Shown in pieces: positions 29,315 to 38,128 of a DNA stretch of 64,000 nucleotides (the stretch's first letter is position 1; every line of letters begins with the position of its first letter). The notes beneath the pieces are model-generated. The model was given only the letters and a program-made list of their open reading frames with translations, did no database searches and was not told the DNA's origin. A program made the translations under genes and the position numbers. Origin of the DNA: a virus (taxonomy: Duplodnaviria > Caudoviricetes); the IMG/VR virus record IMGVR_UViG_3300013901_000008, positions 1 through 64,000 of that record. One strand, given 5' to 3'.

Positions 29315-29458
29315 GGACGTGCGCAAGCCGTGGCAGAAGCGATGGAGATTGGTATCATTCCAAGCATGAGCAAAGGCTGGAAATACGGGGGGGGTGGAGT
29401 TAGCAATGCCATCTCTTCCATCGCCAAGGACTTCTTAATCATCATCGGGTATGAATAA
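29302..29458 (+). pseudogene. TRD-like minigene 9, OFF at G8 (29387-94); G7 restores the frame
   Basis: MLQVRTCASRGRSDGDWYHSKHEQRLEIRG|GGVSNAISSIAKDFLIIIGYE; ASRGR...QRLE...SNAISSIAKD is TRD-like. Confidence 0.78.
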
Positions 29459-29502
29459 AAGAATTTACATACAACAATAACAATATAAAAACAAAGGAAA
29501 TT

Positions 29503-30096
29503 ATGTGGCCATTCAGAAGAAAGAAAAACAAGAGGCAGCTTCGAGAGCTAAGAAATCTCTCCACTGCCTTCGCCATCGTGAATGAGTTCAATCGCCGTGG
29601 CTTGCTCCACTGGCAGGAGAAAGACAAGATTCTCTTGATAGAGGAGCAGCTTGCCATCGTAGAGTTGGCACAAGGCGAGCAAGGATTCCGCCGATTCCTG
29701 GAGCACGCAGCACAATGGCAAAACTATCAACTGCTGCAGCAAGCCTACGAGCAGCAGCGCATCGACATCGAAGCCCAGGCTGTGCGTGATGCCGACAAGG
29801 ATGTGGGCAGGGTATTGTCGCAGACCGACATTCAGCGCATCCGTCTCAACGCCCGAAGCGATATGCACACCATCGACCCTCGCAAGCTGAAAGGACTTAT
29901 CAAGGAGTTCGACATCATGGTAATCCGTGCCACTGCTAAGAGCGAGGCAGACGCTACCCAGGAGAACGGACAGCTATTGGCAGTGGGTCATTACTCCTTC
30001 GACGAGAGTGATGAGCCAGGCAAGTTGGAAATGGCGATGTACGAGGACGTGAAGAGCGTGCTCACTCCATCGGACAACCAAGGAAAGGAGGGTTAG
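29503..30096 (+). CDS. hypothetical protein
   Basis: 197-aa ORF. Confidence 0.7.
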   Translation: MWPFRRKKNKRQLRELRNLSTAFAIVNEFNRRGLLHWQEKDKILLIEEQLAIVELAQGEQGFRRFLEHAAQWQNYQLLQQAYEQQRIDIEAQAVRDADKDVGRVLSQTDIQRIRLNARSDMHTIDPRKLKGLIKEFDIMVIRATAKSEADATQENGQLLAVGHYSFDESDEPGKLEMAMYEDVKSVLTPSDNQGKEG

Positions 30097-30099
30097 GCG

Positions 30100-30321
30100 A
30101 TGAGAGAAATATTTTTAGCCTGTCTCATCATTGCCGTCCTCTTCCTGATCCTCGCGGGGGCTTGCAGTCTGGTAGGCTTCTCCAAGATAGGCAGGGACGA
30201 AGAGCGAGAGCATACGGAAAGAGAGGAGCGCATGGAGGATGGTACCAAGCACCCATCGAAGAACGAGCCTATCACTCCCGCCGACCGCATCATCTTTCAC
30301 GAAGAGGAGGACGGGATATGA
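30100..30321 (+). CDS. small membrane or lipoprotein
   Basis: N-terminal hydrophobic helix ending LAGAC. Confidence 0.55.
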   Translation: MREIFLACLIIAVLFLILAGACSLVGFSKIGRDEEREHTEREERMEDGTKHPSKNEPITPADRIIFHEEEDGI

Positions 30322-30365
30322 TATAAAACTGATATAACAATATCCAAATAAAAACAAAGCCAACA

Positions 30366-30572
30366 ATGAATAATGTAATAAACGCAATGCTGTTCACCAA
30401 GCAGCTCGCCATTCTTCGAGAGGTAGCCAAGGACTATCCAGGCAAGACCATCGAGAACATCATCCAGCAGATGGAGGCGAGAAGAAACGTGTCTATGGGG
30501 CACGATGAAAGTTCTCCCCTTAGTAAACTAAAGGAATCGTTTCCGCAGATAACGAAAAAGATTTCAATATAG
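30366..30572 (+). CDS. hypothetical protein
   Basis: 68 aa with AT-rich leader. Confidence 0.55.
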   Translation: MNNVINAMLFTKQLAILREVAKDYPGKTIENIIQQMEARRNVSMGHDESSPLSKLKESFPQITKKISI

Positions 30573-30584
30573 TGAGCGACAGGG

Positions 30585-30621
30585 TTTGTCCACACCGATA
30601 AAAATACTTTTTGTATCTTTG
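30585..30621 (+). promoter_or_regulatory. putative late promoter TTTGTCCA-N21-TATCTTTG
   Basis: Shared motif and spacing. Confidence 0.6.
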
Positions 30622-30662
30622 CAATAGGTATCCGATAAACAGACCATCCCGATACCCTCGTG

Positions 30663-30730
30663 ATAGGAACTACTATTCCTCCTACATAGGAATAGGTATT
30701 CCTATCTCATAGGAATAGGTATTTCTATGC
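30663..30730. repeat. three tandem quasi-palindromic repeats ATAGGAATAGGTATTCCTAT
   Basis: Visible tandem units with about 22-23 bp period in the HU gene leader. Confidence 0.6.
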
Positions 30731-30802
30731 CTTGGGTATCGGAGTGCTTCTTGCTTGGGTAGGTACCATATATGTTTGACTCATTAAAAACAGATTTTCA
30801 TT

Positions 30803-31309
30803 ATGAGTAAACTAACTTTAAAGCTTTCTAAATCGAAAGCTATCAACCCTTCTACCAAGAAGATGGGTTACAGAACCACCGTCAAGTCCAACGGTAAGGC
30901 AGACATGGACACCATCATCGAGTCTGCAAGTAAGAACACCACCATGCACAAAGCTGAGCTTCGCATGGCTTTCGAGCTGGCACTTGATGCCGTAAGCGAG
31001 GCACTTACCAACGGTCAGACCGTGGAGCTGAAGGGCATTGGTACCATCGGTTTCTCTTGCTCTGGTGCGTGGACTGAGACTGCCGACGAGCAGAAGCTTG
31101 TAGAGCACAAAATTGGCGTAGCCTTCTATCCAAGCCAGGAGGTGAACGCAGCCGTGCAGACTGCCAAGACTTCATGGACCAAGGACGGCGAGGGCGATGA
31201 GCCTTCATCCGATGGCGACAATACCCAGCAGGGCGGCAAGCCTTCGCAGGGCAGCGGTTCTTCATCTACCGGCACTCCATCAGGCGAAGGTGATGATAAT
31301 GAGGGATAA
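30803..31309 (+). CDS. HU-like histone-family DNA-binding protein (Bacteroidetes type)
   Basis: LTNGQTVELKGIGTI motif, G/S/D-rich tail. Confidence 0.8.
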   Translation: MSKLTLKLSKSKAINPSTKKMGYRTTVKSNGKADMDTIIESASKNTTMHKAELRMAFELALDAVSEALTNGQTVELKGIGTIGFSCSGAWTETADEQKLVEHKIGVAFYPSQEVNAAVQTAKTSWTKDGEGDEPSSDGDNTQQGGKPSQGSGSSSTGTPSGEGDDNEG

Positions 31310-31532
31310 TCAGTAGAATATCTCTCGAATCGTGACGAAAGACCCGAAAGGGATAAAGAGTTGATATTATTTTAGCCAACCTATAGGACATAAGAAGTCG
31401 ATGTAATTTTGACGCCCGTCTGTTTGTATCATCGAAACCATCATGCACCCGAACATGGGAGCCTCCAGATAAAGCGGTAAAATATTGGAGGCTTTCTCTT
31501 TATTTGAAACTTTAAAAGACAAAAACTGAAAA

Positions 31533-31703
31533 ATGATGCAAGATAGAGAATATGAGCTTTCTCATCCTTATTATCCCAATCCAGTCATTTCTCATTTGCA
31601 GGACGATTTGCAGAGGCTATCCGAAAGACTTTCATCCGTCGATGAGTTTGGCAAGGCTATGAGAGGCAGGAAGAGAAATAAGCGTGGCAAGCGCAAGAGA
31701 TAA
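31533..31703 (+). CDS. small basic hypothetical protein (56 aa, not in ORF track)
   Basis: MMQDREYE...RGRKRNKRGKRKR. Confidence 0.45.
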   Translation: MMQDREYELSHPYYPNPVISHLQDDLQRLSERLSSVDEFGKAMRGRKRNKRGKRKR

Positions 31704-31744
31704 TAATAGAACTTTTAGTAACAAGAAAAAGGATTTATAGAGTT

Positions 31745-32341
31745 ATGGATAAGAATTGTTTAGTAGATGTCGATGGCTTGATTCGCGTATTGCAAGCTAT
31801 CAAAGACGGTAAGCCTGTAGAATATCGCTTGTTGGAAGATAAGTCTTGGTTCGACTTCGACCCTACGGAGTGCGAGATTGATACCGAGAACTATAAGTAC
31901 CGAGTAAAGCCAAAGGAATATCCGGACATAGACAACCATCTGTATATTCCGATGCGAGACTTGGAAGAGGATAGAATCTATAAGATAATACACAAAAAAG
32001 CTCGCGGTCAGCAAGACCCAGACGTTTTTGGTTATGTTTGTGTCAGAGTCAACTTGTGCAGCGAAGACAAGGATGATATTATATTCCATTTCATGTTGAC
32101 GAGAGCACTTTACGGTCGTATGCTTTATGTAATTGACGATAAATGCGAGCATCTTTGCAGCGAACGAACGGCTAATTTCGCCAACATCATCGCTCCATAT
32201 TACAATACTCCGCCGCTTGCTGACTACGTTTTTGCCATGGCGACAAAGAAAGAGGTGGCGGAATTGGACGACATTCTCCGTCAGGTAGGTTATGAGTTTA
32301 AGGACTACGAAATGCAAAAGATAGATTGGAACAAAGAATAA
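31745..32341 (+). CDS. hypothetical phage protein
   Basis: 198 aa; DGKPVEY...YKYRVKP N-terminal module. Confidence 0.65.
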   Translation: MDKNCLVDVDGLIRVLQAIKDGKPVEYRLLEDKSWFDFDPTECEIDTENYKYRVKPKEYPDIDNHLYIPMRDLEEDRIYKIIHKKARGQQDPDVFGYVCVRVNLCSEDKDDIIFHFMLTRALYGRMLYVIDDKCEHLCSERTANFANIIAPYYNTPPLADYVFAMATKKEVAELDDILRQVGYEFKDYEMQKIDWNKE

Positions 32342-32540
32342 GCAAACTTCCACCTCTTCGCCAAGGCGCAACAGTCATCCTAACGATAAGGGATTTGATA
32401 AACATATACAAGACGGCGCAGTTATTAGTAAAGTACAGCGATCCGTTTTACCCGAAAGATAAATAATAATTCGCTTAACTAACGAATCAATAGGAAAAAT
32501 AAATAAACAACAAGTTAAATAAACAAACAACAAGAAGTCT

Positions 32541-32972
32541 ATGGAAGAAGAAGAAATTTTGACCCTCCATCTCACCGATGAATGGTACCAGAAGGTAGCC
32601 AGTGGCGAGAAGACGGAGGAGTATCGGGAAATCTCTCTCTATTGGACCAGGCGACTCCTTTCCGATGAAGCCTACAATCGAGAGGATGTAATCAGAGTGG
32701 TGAAGTCTCGATGCAAGCAAGATTACTTCATGCTTGGCTACCTTTGTGGCGGTCCCTATTCTACGGAAGAGGAAAAGAAAGATAGATGGGAGCGCAAGCT
32801 GAAGCCATTCAAGAAAGTTCGCTTCGTTCTCGGTTATCCCAAGGACAACGAGCCTTGCATCATCAAGGAGATAGACGACATCACCGTCGATAAGCCCAAG
32901 TCAGGCATGTGCCCTGACGAGTGGCTGGATAAGTATATGTATGTAATAAGATTCAAAAATAATGTGCTATAA
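32541..32972 (+). CDS. ASCH/PUA-like domain protein
   Basis: LHLTDEWYQKVASGEKTEEYRE (GxKxxExR motif). Confidence 0.7.
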   Translation: MEEEEILTLHLTDEWYQKVASGEKTEEYREISLYWTRRLLSDEAYNREDVIRVVKSRCKQDYFMLGYLCGGPYSTEEEKKDRWERKLKPFKKVRFVLGYPKDNEPCIIKEIDDITVDKPKSGMCPDEWLDKYMYVIRFKNNVL

Positions 32973-33354
32973 AAGTCTTTATTATCCAGTTGAAATCTTT
33001 CAGCGTTTTTGTGGTTGCGAAGTAATATATAAAGATTGCTACATAGGTGCGTTTTTAGTGGGTTTCACGAAAGATTGCAAATATTTCATTGTAGGTTTTG
33101 AGGATTACACTGGCTGTATTGCATCTTTTACCCCTAATCATAATATCGTATTACGCAATGGACTTATAGAGCGATATAAAAGTTTTCGTTTTGTAAAGGC
33201 GAAGCACCTCAAAATTGCTATGACGAATGGAGCCATTTTCGATGCAGGCAAGCTTACGGAGATACGTAACCCTTTCGCGCCGTTAAAGTATTTTTTCAAA
33301 ACAATATTTGTAGGATTATGGAAAATCATAAAAGAATTTACAAAGACGAAATAG
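32962..33354 (+). CDS. hypothetical protein
   Basis: 130 aa, overlaps both neighbours. Confidence 0.55.
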   Translation: MCYKSLYYPVEIFQRFCGCEVIYKDCYIGAFLVGFTKDCKYFIVGFEDYTGCIASFTPNHNIVLRNGLIERYKSFRFVKAKHLKIAMTNGAIFDAGKLTEIRNPFAPLKYFFKTIFVGLWKIIKEFTKTK

Positions 33355-33956
33355 GAGCCGATAAAACCCATATTCATCTGATGGTAAACTTAAAATGCAC
33401 TAACAAGTGCCGCGACTGCTGCAATCTCCAGTACGACCTGACTTCCGTACCCGTGGTGGCAGTCGAAGAGTTGAAGCAAGCCGATACCGTCATGATAACA
33501 GGTGGAGAGCCTTTTGCGATGAAAGGCTTGTTAGGGTTTCTTCGCAGTTTGCGTCATCAATACAAAAATATTCGTCGATTATACGTTTATACATCCGGTG
33601 CAGCGATGTATCTCACTAAAGACTATTGGATGTCAAAAGAGTTCGCTATACTGGTGGATGGCATCAATTTTTCCCCAAAGGGCTACTTCGATGAATATTG
33701 CATTCGTGATTTATTCAGCAATCGTACGTTTTGTGGCTACATGAAGGATATTCCAGAGAATAGATTTATCCTTATCGATTATTTTGGAAAGCAAACCAAC
33801 GATGATGAATTTATCAAAAGCTTGCATCTCGAAAATGCGTGTTATGCCCAAAGTAACCTTTGTAAGCAATACAAGATAGAGCAGCGCAAGTTTCAGCAAG
33901 AGTTTCAGCCTAACGGCGGTGTGTGGCGCAGATTGCCGATATTTATGGATAATTAA
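33318..33956 (+). CDS. radical SAM protein
   Basis: CTNKCRDC (CxxxCxxC), ITGGEP. Confidence 0.85.
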   Translation: MENHKRIYKDEIGADKTHIHLMVNLKCTNKCRDCCNLQYDLTSVPVVAVEELKQADTVMITGGEPFAMKGLLGFLRSLRHQYKNIRRLYVYTSGAAMYLTKDYWMSKEFAILVDGINFSPKGYFDEYCIRDLFSNRTFCGYMKDIPENRFILIDYFGKQTNDDEFIKSLHLENACYAQSNLCKQYKIEQRKFQQEFQPNGGVWRRLPIFMDN

Positions 33957-33983
33957 TTTAATGTTAAAAGGATTTATAGAGTT

Positions 33984-34631
33984 ATGATAAAACGAATAAA
34001 ATTTTTGATAGCGGGCTATATCGTATTGCTTGATACCGAGACAAGCATGATAGCCTACATCATGCAGCCATGGAACAAGAAGCCGCTGCAATGGATGAAG
34101 CCTACCCATTTGGCTTACGGATGCAGTTCTTGCGATTGCCGAGCTTGTCGTGATGGTTATAATAAGGATTACGGTCCATGCGGTAGATTGCTTAATGAAG
34201 AGTTCTCTTTTCTTCCTTATGACTTGAATTGTTTCCATATCATAAGAGACGAACACATCATTGCAGAGCTAAACAAAAAGGCAGCGCGGTTAGACCTAAA
34301 TGTTATTGACGTGTATTTGGATGATAGCCCACAATATGATGAAACATATTGTTCCTGGAAGCAGGCTTTGCAAGACTTATGCGATAAAAAGGGTTACACC
34401 TTGTATCATCATCAGCTCGATGGTACATCTTATCAAATTCACGCTGGAGGTATATCGGTAAATGGTTATCTAAGTCTTGCACCGAATAGGAATATCTCAG
34501 ACTTGAAGAGTATGATGTACGCCTATCTCTATTTTGCTCTTTTGAATAGTCCAAATTATCGTCAGCGCATGGATACTTTCTATAATTTTCAATGTCTGGA
34601 GCTAAAAGAGGATAAGCGCAAGAAGTATTAA
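33984..34631 (+). CDS. hypothetical protein
   Basis: 215 aa with a Cys cluster. Confidence 0.6.
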   Translation: MIKRIKFLIAGYIVLLDTETSMIAYIMQPWNKKPLQWMKPTHLAYGCSSCDCRACRDGYNKDYGPCGRLLNEEFSFLPYDLNCFHIIRDEHIIAELNKKAARLDLNVIDVYLDDSPQYDETYCSWKQALQDLCDKKGYTLYHHQLDGTSYQIHAGGISVNGYLSLAPNRNISDLKSMMYAYLYFALLNSPNYRQRMDTFYNFQCLELKEDKRKKY

Positions 34632-34657
34632 TTTTTGATTAAAGGATTTATAGAGTT

Positions 34658-35386
34658 ATGATAAAACGAACTTCACCCCCTCTCATCGCCAAGGACGACG
34701 TATCGGAACTCCTCTTGCAGCAGCACTTACGTACCTACAAGAGCAACCCGAAGTACATCGCCGAGAACCTATACGTTTTCGGCTGGGAGAGCGATATGCT
34801 CATCAAGACCCGCAGCGGGTATTGGTATGAGATGGAATGCAAGATTTCCTTTGCCGACTTCGAGAAGGACTTCACTTCCAAGTGGCAGAAGCACGAGTTG
34901 TTGCGCACAGGCAAGTGGTACAATTCTACGTTCCTTCGCCGTGAGACCGATGCCGATGCACTCGAAAAGTACGAAGACTACCCTGGCTACCACATCGAGC
35001 CAACCAAGGGAGGCTGGAACGTCTTCATCAAGGCACAGTCGCCTACAAATAGCAAGGCACGCCGACCCAACTACTTTTCCTATTGCGTACCATGGTACCT
35101 TAGTGGAAAAGTACTTCCGCACATTCCCCCTTACGCTGGCTTGATAGTGTTGATGGAGGACGGCAGATTGAACGAAATCAAGAAGCCGCCGATGTTGCAT
35201 GACAACAAGTACACCGACGAGGAACTGAAGCTTTGCGACAAGTTTTATTACAACTGGCGCAACCGAGTGAACATCATGGAGCGCAATGCGCCCGATGAGC
35301 AAATTAAGAAACTAAGGCAGCAAGTCGCCTTCCTGAAAGCAGAATACAAAGCCGTGGCAGGGTGCGACATCAAAGATGCTTTCTAA
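34658..35386 (+). CDS. PD-(D/E)xK nuclease-fold protein (MmcB-like)
   Basis: ESDML...EMECKISFADFEKD; PNYFSYCVP; PPYAGLI. Confidence 0.65.
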   Translation: MIKRTSPPLIAKDDVSELLLQQHLRTYKSNPKYIAENLYVFGWESDMLIKTRSGYWYEMECKISFADFEKDFTSKWQKHELLRTGKWYNSTFLRRETDADALEKYEDYPGYHIEPTKGGWNVFIKAQSPTNSKARRPNYFSYCVPWYLSGKVLPHIPPYAGLIVLMEDGRLNEIKKPPMLHDNKYTDEELKLCDKFYYNWRNRVNIMERNAPDEQIKKLRQQVAFLKAEYKAVAGCDIKDAF

Positions 35387-35398
35387 AGTGTTGGCACA

Positions 35399-35614
35399 AT
35401 GAAGAAAGCCACTATTTACATCGTTACGGTAAAGGGGAGTAAAATCCCCTTCCGTATCACACCAAGGAAAGCTACGGTGGATAACATCACTGCCACCTAT
35501 CCCGGCAAGGATTTCGATGTACAGAAAAAAGCCATGGAGGATTGGAGGCTGTCGAACCTACTGATAGAGTTTCCTTGGTCGTTCGACAAAGAAGAGTTCA
35601 GAAACTTATATTGA
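35399..35614 (+). CDS. hypothetical protein
   Basis: 71 aa in operon. Confidence 0.55.
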   Translation: MKKATIYIVTVKGSKIPFRITPRKATVDNITATYPGKDFDVQKKAMEDWRLSNLLIEFPWSFDKEEFRNLY

Positions 35615-35635
35615 TTCGTGTAAATTCATATAGCT

Positions 35636-36613
35636 ATGGAGCAAAATCATCAAGATATAACTGCAAAGAATAAACAGCCTATTAATGGCACCCTCATTTA
35701 TCAGCCCAAGGGACCAGCAGGCGAATATGCCAAGTGGGCGATAAACCTATGCAATGGTTGCAGCAATGGGTGTGAGTATTGTTATAACCGAAGAGGCGTG
35801 TTGAGTCATGCCTTTGGCGATGAGCCAAAGCTGGCGGCACCTATCAAGGAATTGAAAGAAAAGTTGGTACGTTCCTACGTCAAGACTAACCAGCTAACCA
35901 GTAATCAGATTAAGAAGCACTGGGATTGGATGGAGCAAGAGTCTATTTACGAGGCTCTCGCTCAGATTTTCGAGAAGGACGTAAACAAGATAGGCTTAGA
36001 AAGACTTCGCAAGGAAGGAATATTTCTGTCGTTCAAGTGTGATCCTTTCGAGCCAAGCACCACTGCTGTCACCACCAAGGCTCTGACACTGCTGATATAT
36101 TATTTCAAGATTCCTGTTACCATTCTTACCAAGAACACCGCTTGGCTTGATGATGAAGATAGCGAGATATATACAACAAGCATGAGGAGTAGCAACCTCC
36201 TTACCATCGGCTTCACCATCACAGGCATGGACGAGATGGAGGGTAAGGCTCCATCTACAGCCGAGCGCATCAATGCCCTGGAACGAGTGAGAGCCTTGGG
36301 CTATAAGACCTTTGTTTCCATGGAGCCTATCGTTAAGTTCTGTCGTGCTAAGGACGTATTGATGGATGTGATGGGCGAGACCGACGAGATACGCCTGGGC
36401 TTGCAGTCGCCATTCAAGAAGGATAGGTACGAGCCTGATGAGTTGATAGAGTTCTTGCAGTACTTGGTGGCAGCTTCGAGAGCCACACCAGAAACCGAGG
36501 TGGTACTGAAGAAGAGTTTCTTCGATGAGCGATTATACAGACAGATACCAGCCTACCTGCACGATGACTATATGCAGTTGGTGAACGAGTTGAAATGTAA
36601 TGAACCTTTGTAA
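35636..36613 (+). CDS. radical SAM protein (SplB-like)
   Basis: GCSNGCEYCY, CDPF, ILTK, ERINAL, SMEPI. Confidence 0.85.
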   Translation: MEQNHQDITAKNKQPINGTLIYQPKGPAGEYAKWAINLCNGCSNGCEYCYNRRGVLSHAFGDEPKLAAPIKELKEKLVRSYVKTNQLTSNQIKKHWDWMEQESIYEALAQIFEKDVNKIGLERLRKEGIFLSFKCDPFEPSTTAVTTKALTLLIYYFKIPVTILTKNTAWLDDEDSEIYTTSMRSSNLLTIGFTITGMDEMEGKAPSTAERINALERVRALGYKTFVSMEPIVKFCRAKDVLMDVMGETDEIRLGLQSPFKKDRYEPDELIEFLQYLVAASRATPETEVVLKKSFFDERLYRQIPAYLHDDYMQLVNELKCNEPL

Positions 36614-36658
36614 GAGTAAAAAGGCAAAAAGGTAAAAAAGTAAAAGAGTAAAAAGACA

Positions 36659-36974
36659 ATGCCACAATACAAGCGAGGTACCATCGTCAAGAATGGCAAG
36701 CGATACGGCTTCTATCCCGATGGTACATTATATAGAATATACGACACATCACTACCATTCCTTCAGATGGTGAGCGATGCCGCATCGGGCGATACCTTCC
36801 TTCGCATTCGCCAAGCCACGGAACAGGGTTACACCGATTGTCCCGTGGGTGGCGTTTGCGACCTCGCCTATCCTACGTCGGCGATACGTCGAAGTAGAAC
36901 AATCGGGGGGGGGTAGGCTCGCCAATGCCCTTACAAGCCAAGGGCAGCAGCTATGCGTGTTCGTAGAGTTGTAG
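36659..36974 (+). pseudogene. remote TRD-like gene 10, OFF at G9 (36905-13); G8 restores a 104-aa protein
   Basis: IRQATEQGY...GGVCDLAYPTSAIRRSRTIGG|GRLANALTSQGQQLCVFVEL; QATxxGY and DLxYPxSxxRR are TRD-type motifs. Confidence 0.78.
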
Positions 36975-37082
36975 AGAATAATAAGTAAGAAAGCAAAAAG
37001 ATGATTCTTCATTTTGTACTGTATGTTTTTCTCGGCGGAGAAAAAATCTCTAATTGTTTGAAAGGTTAATTATCAAAAACAA

Positions 37083-37117
37083 GAAGGGCAGGACGTTGTG
37101 ATAACGTTCTGCCCTTC
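37083..37117. terminator. hairpin terminator between convergent operons
   Basis: GAAGGGCAGGACGTT GTGAT AACGTTCTGCCCTTC. Confidence 0.7.
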
Positions 37118-37195
37118 GCATTTCTCTATCATTTTCCCAATGATGGGAAATGATAGCCTAATTTCATTTTGCTAACGTCGGCAAAATGGTGGCTA

Positions 37196-38106
37196 TCAGT
37201 TGAACCATTTCACAATGGTGTCGCCCTTGTAACCTTTCTCCCATACGAACCAAGCGTAAGCGGCTGCACTACCCTGCAAAGCGTTGAAGTCGCCATTAGG
37301 CGCACATTTCAAGCGGCTGCTTGATACCCAAACCCTTGAGGGGGGGTAGTGTTAAACAGATGTCTTCTACCCTTACCCTCTAAGAAAGTAAGCTTCAAAA
37401 ACATCGCTACCTTATGCCCATCTGGAATAATCGCCAAAGACTTCTCTACAAACTCTTTGGCATATTTGTATGGCGGATTGGTAACAATATCGCCGTTCCA
37501 CGAGAGGTTGTCTATCGCCAAGAAGTCTATGCCTCCATCGCCGTAACCTCTATCTACCAAGTCTCGACTCTCTACCTCGTAGCCATTCTTCAGCAAGACC
37601 TTACTGATATGACCCTCGCCGCACGATGGCTCCAATATCGGACCATCGAATTTCTCAATCTTGCATAGCCACTCCGTAGCCGCAGGCTCCGTGGCATAAT
37701 AGTCTTCACGCTGGCGGTCGGTATCGGTATGATTACTTGCGCCTAATGTTTTAAAGACGGAAGCAGTCCCGCCTACCCAATCTTTTTTGTTATCCATATT
37801 ATTATTGTTATTTGAAATGTTATCCCCATCGGTTTCTTCACTCTCGGCAGAAACATTGATTTGACGGTTTATCCACTCTATGATGTCTTCATCAGCATCC
37901 TCGGCCAACTCGTTTAGCGTAACGTAGCCATACGCGTCTTCCATCGGATCATCCTCTGTCACCATATAGCTGATTTGGGAATCCTTAAATCCTAAGGCAT
38001 ATAGGATAGCTTCTATATCGTCATTCTGCAAATTCTTAGTCGCATTATCCTCGTCGTTGATAATTGTGACAGTTCCACTACTGTAATCTAAAATTGAAAT
38101 ATACAT
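37196..38106 (-). pseudogene. amino DNA methyltransferase, frameshifted OFF at C7 (G7 on + strand, 37340-46)
   Basis: DYYAT, EPSCGEG, TNPPY; +1 C continues TTPPSRVWVSSSRL...AYAWFVWEKGYKGDTIVKWFN to the stop at 37196; the MTase may start at 37797. Confidence 0.8.
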
Positions 38107-38128
38107 ATCTTTCTATCTTTTTAAAAAG

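Noticed and set aside
26665-29458. TRD modules as debris of one decayed multispecific MTase
   Set aside because: Each has its own ATG, most overlap the previous stop, they share a C-terminal signature, lesions occur only at G tracts, and modules lie on both sides of the core and 8 kb away. Homopolymer sequencing error cannot be fully excluded without reads.
28360-29458. Shufflon (invertible TRD cassettes) or diversity-generating retroelement
   Set aside because: All modules are co-oriented, and I saw no flanking inverted repeats, recombinase, reverse transcriptase or TR/VR pair in the window.
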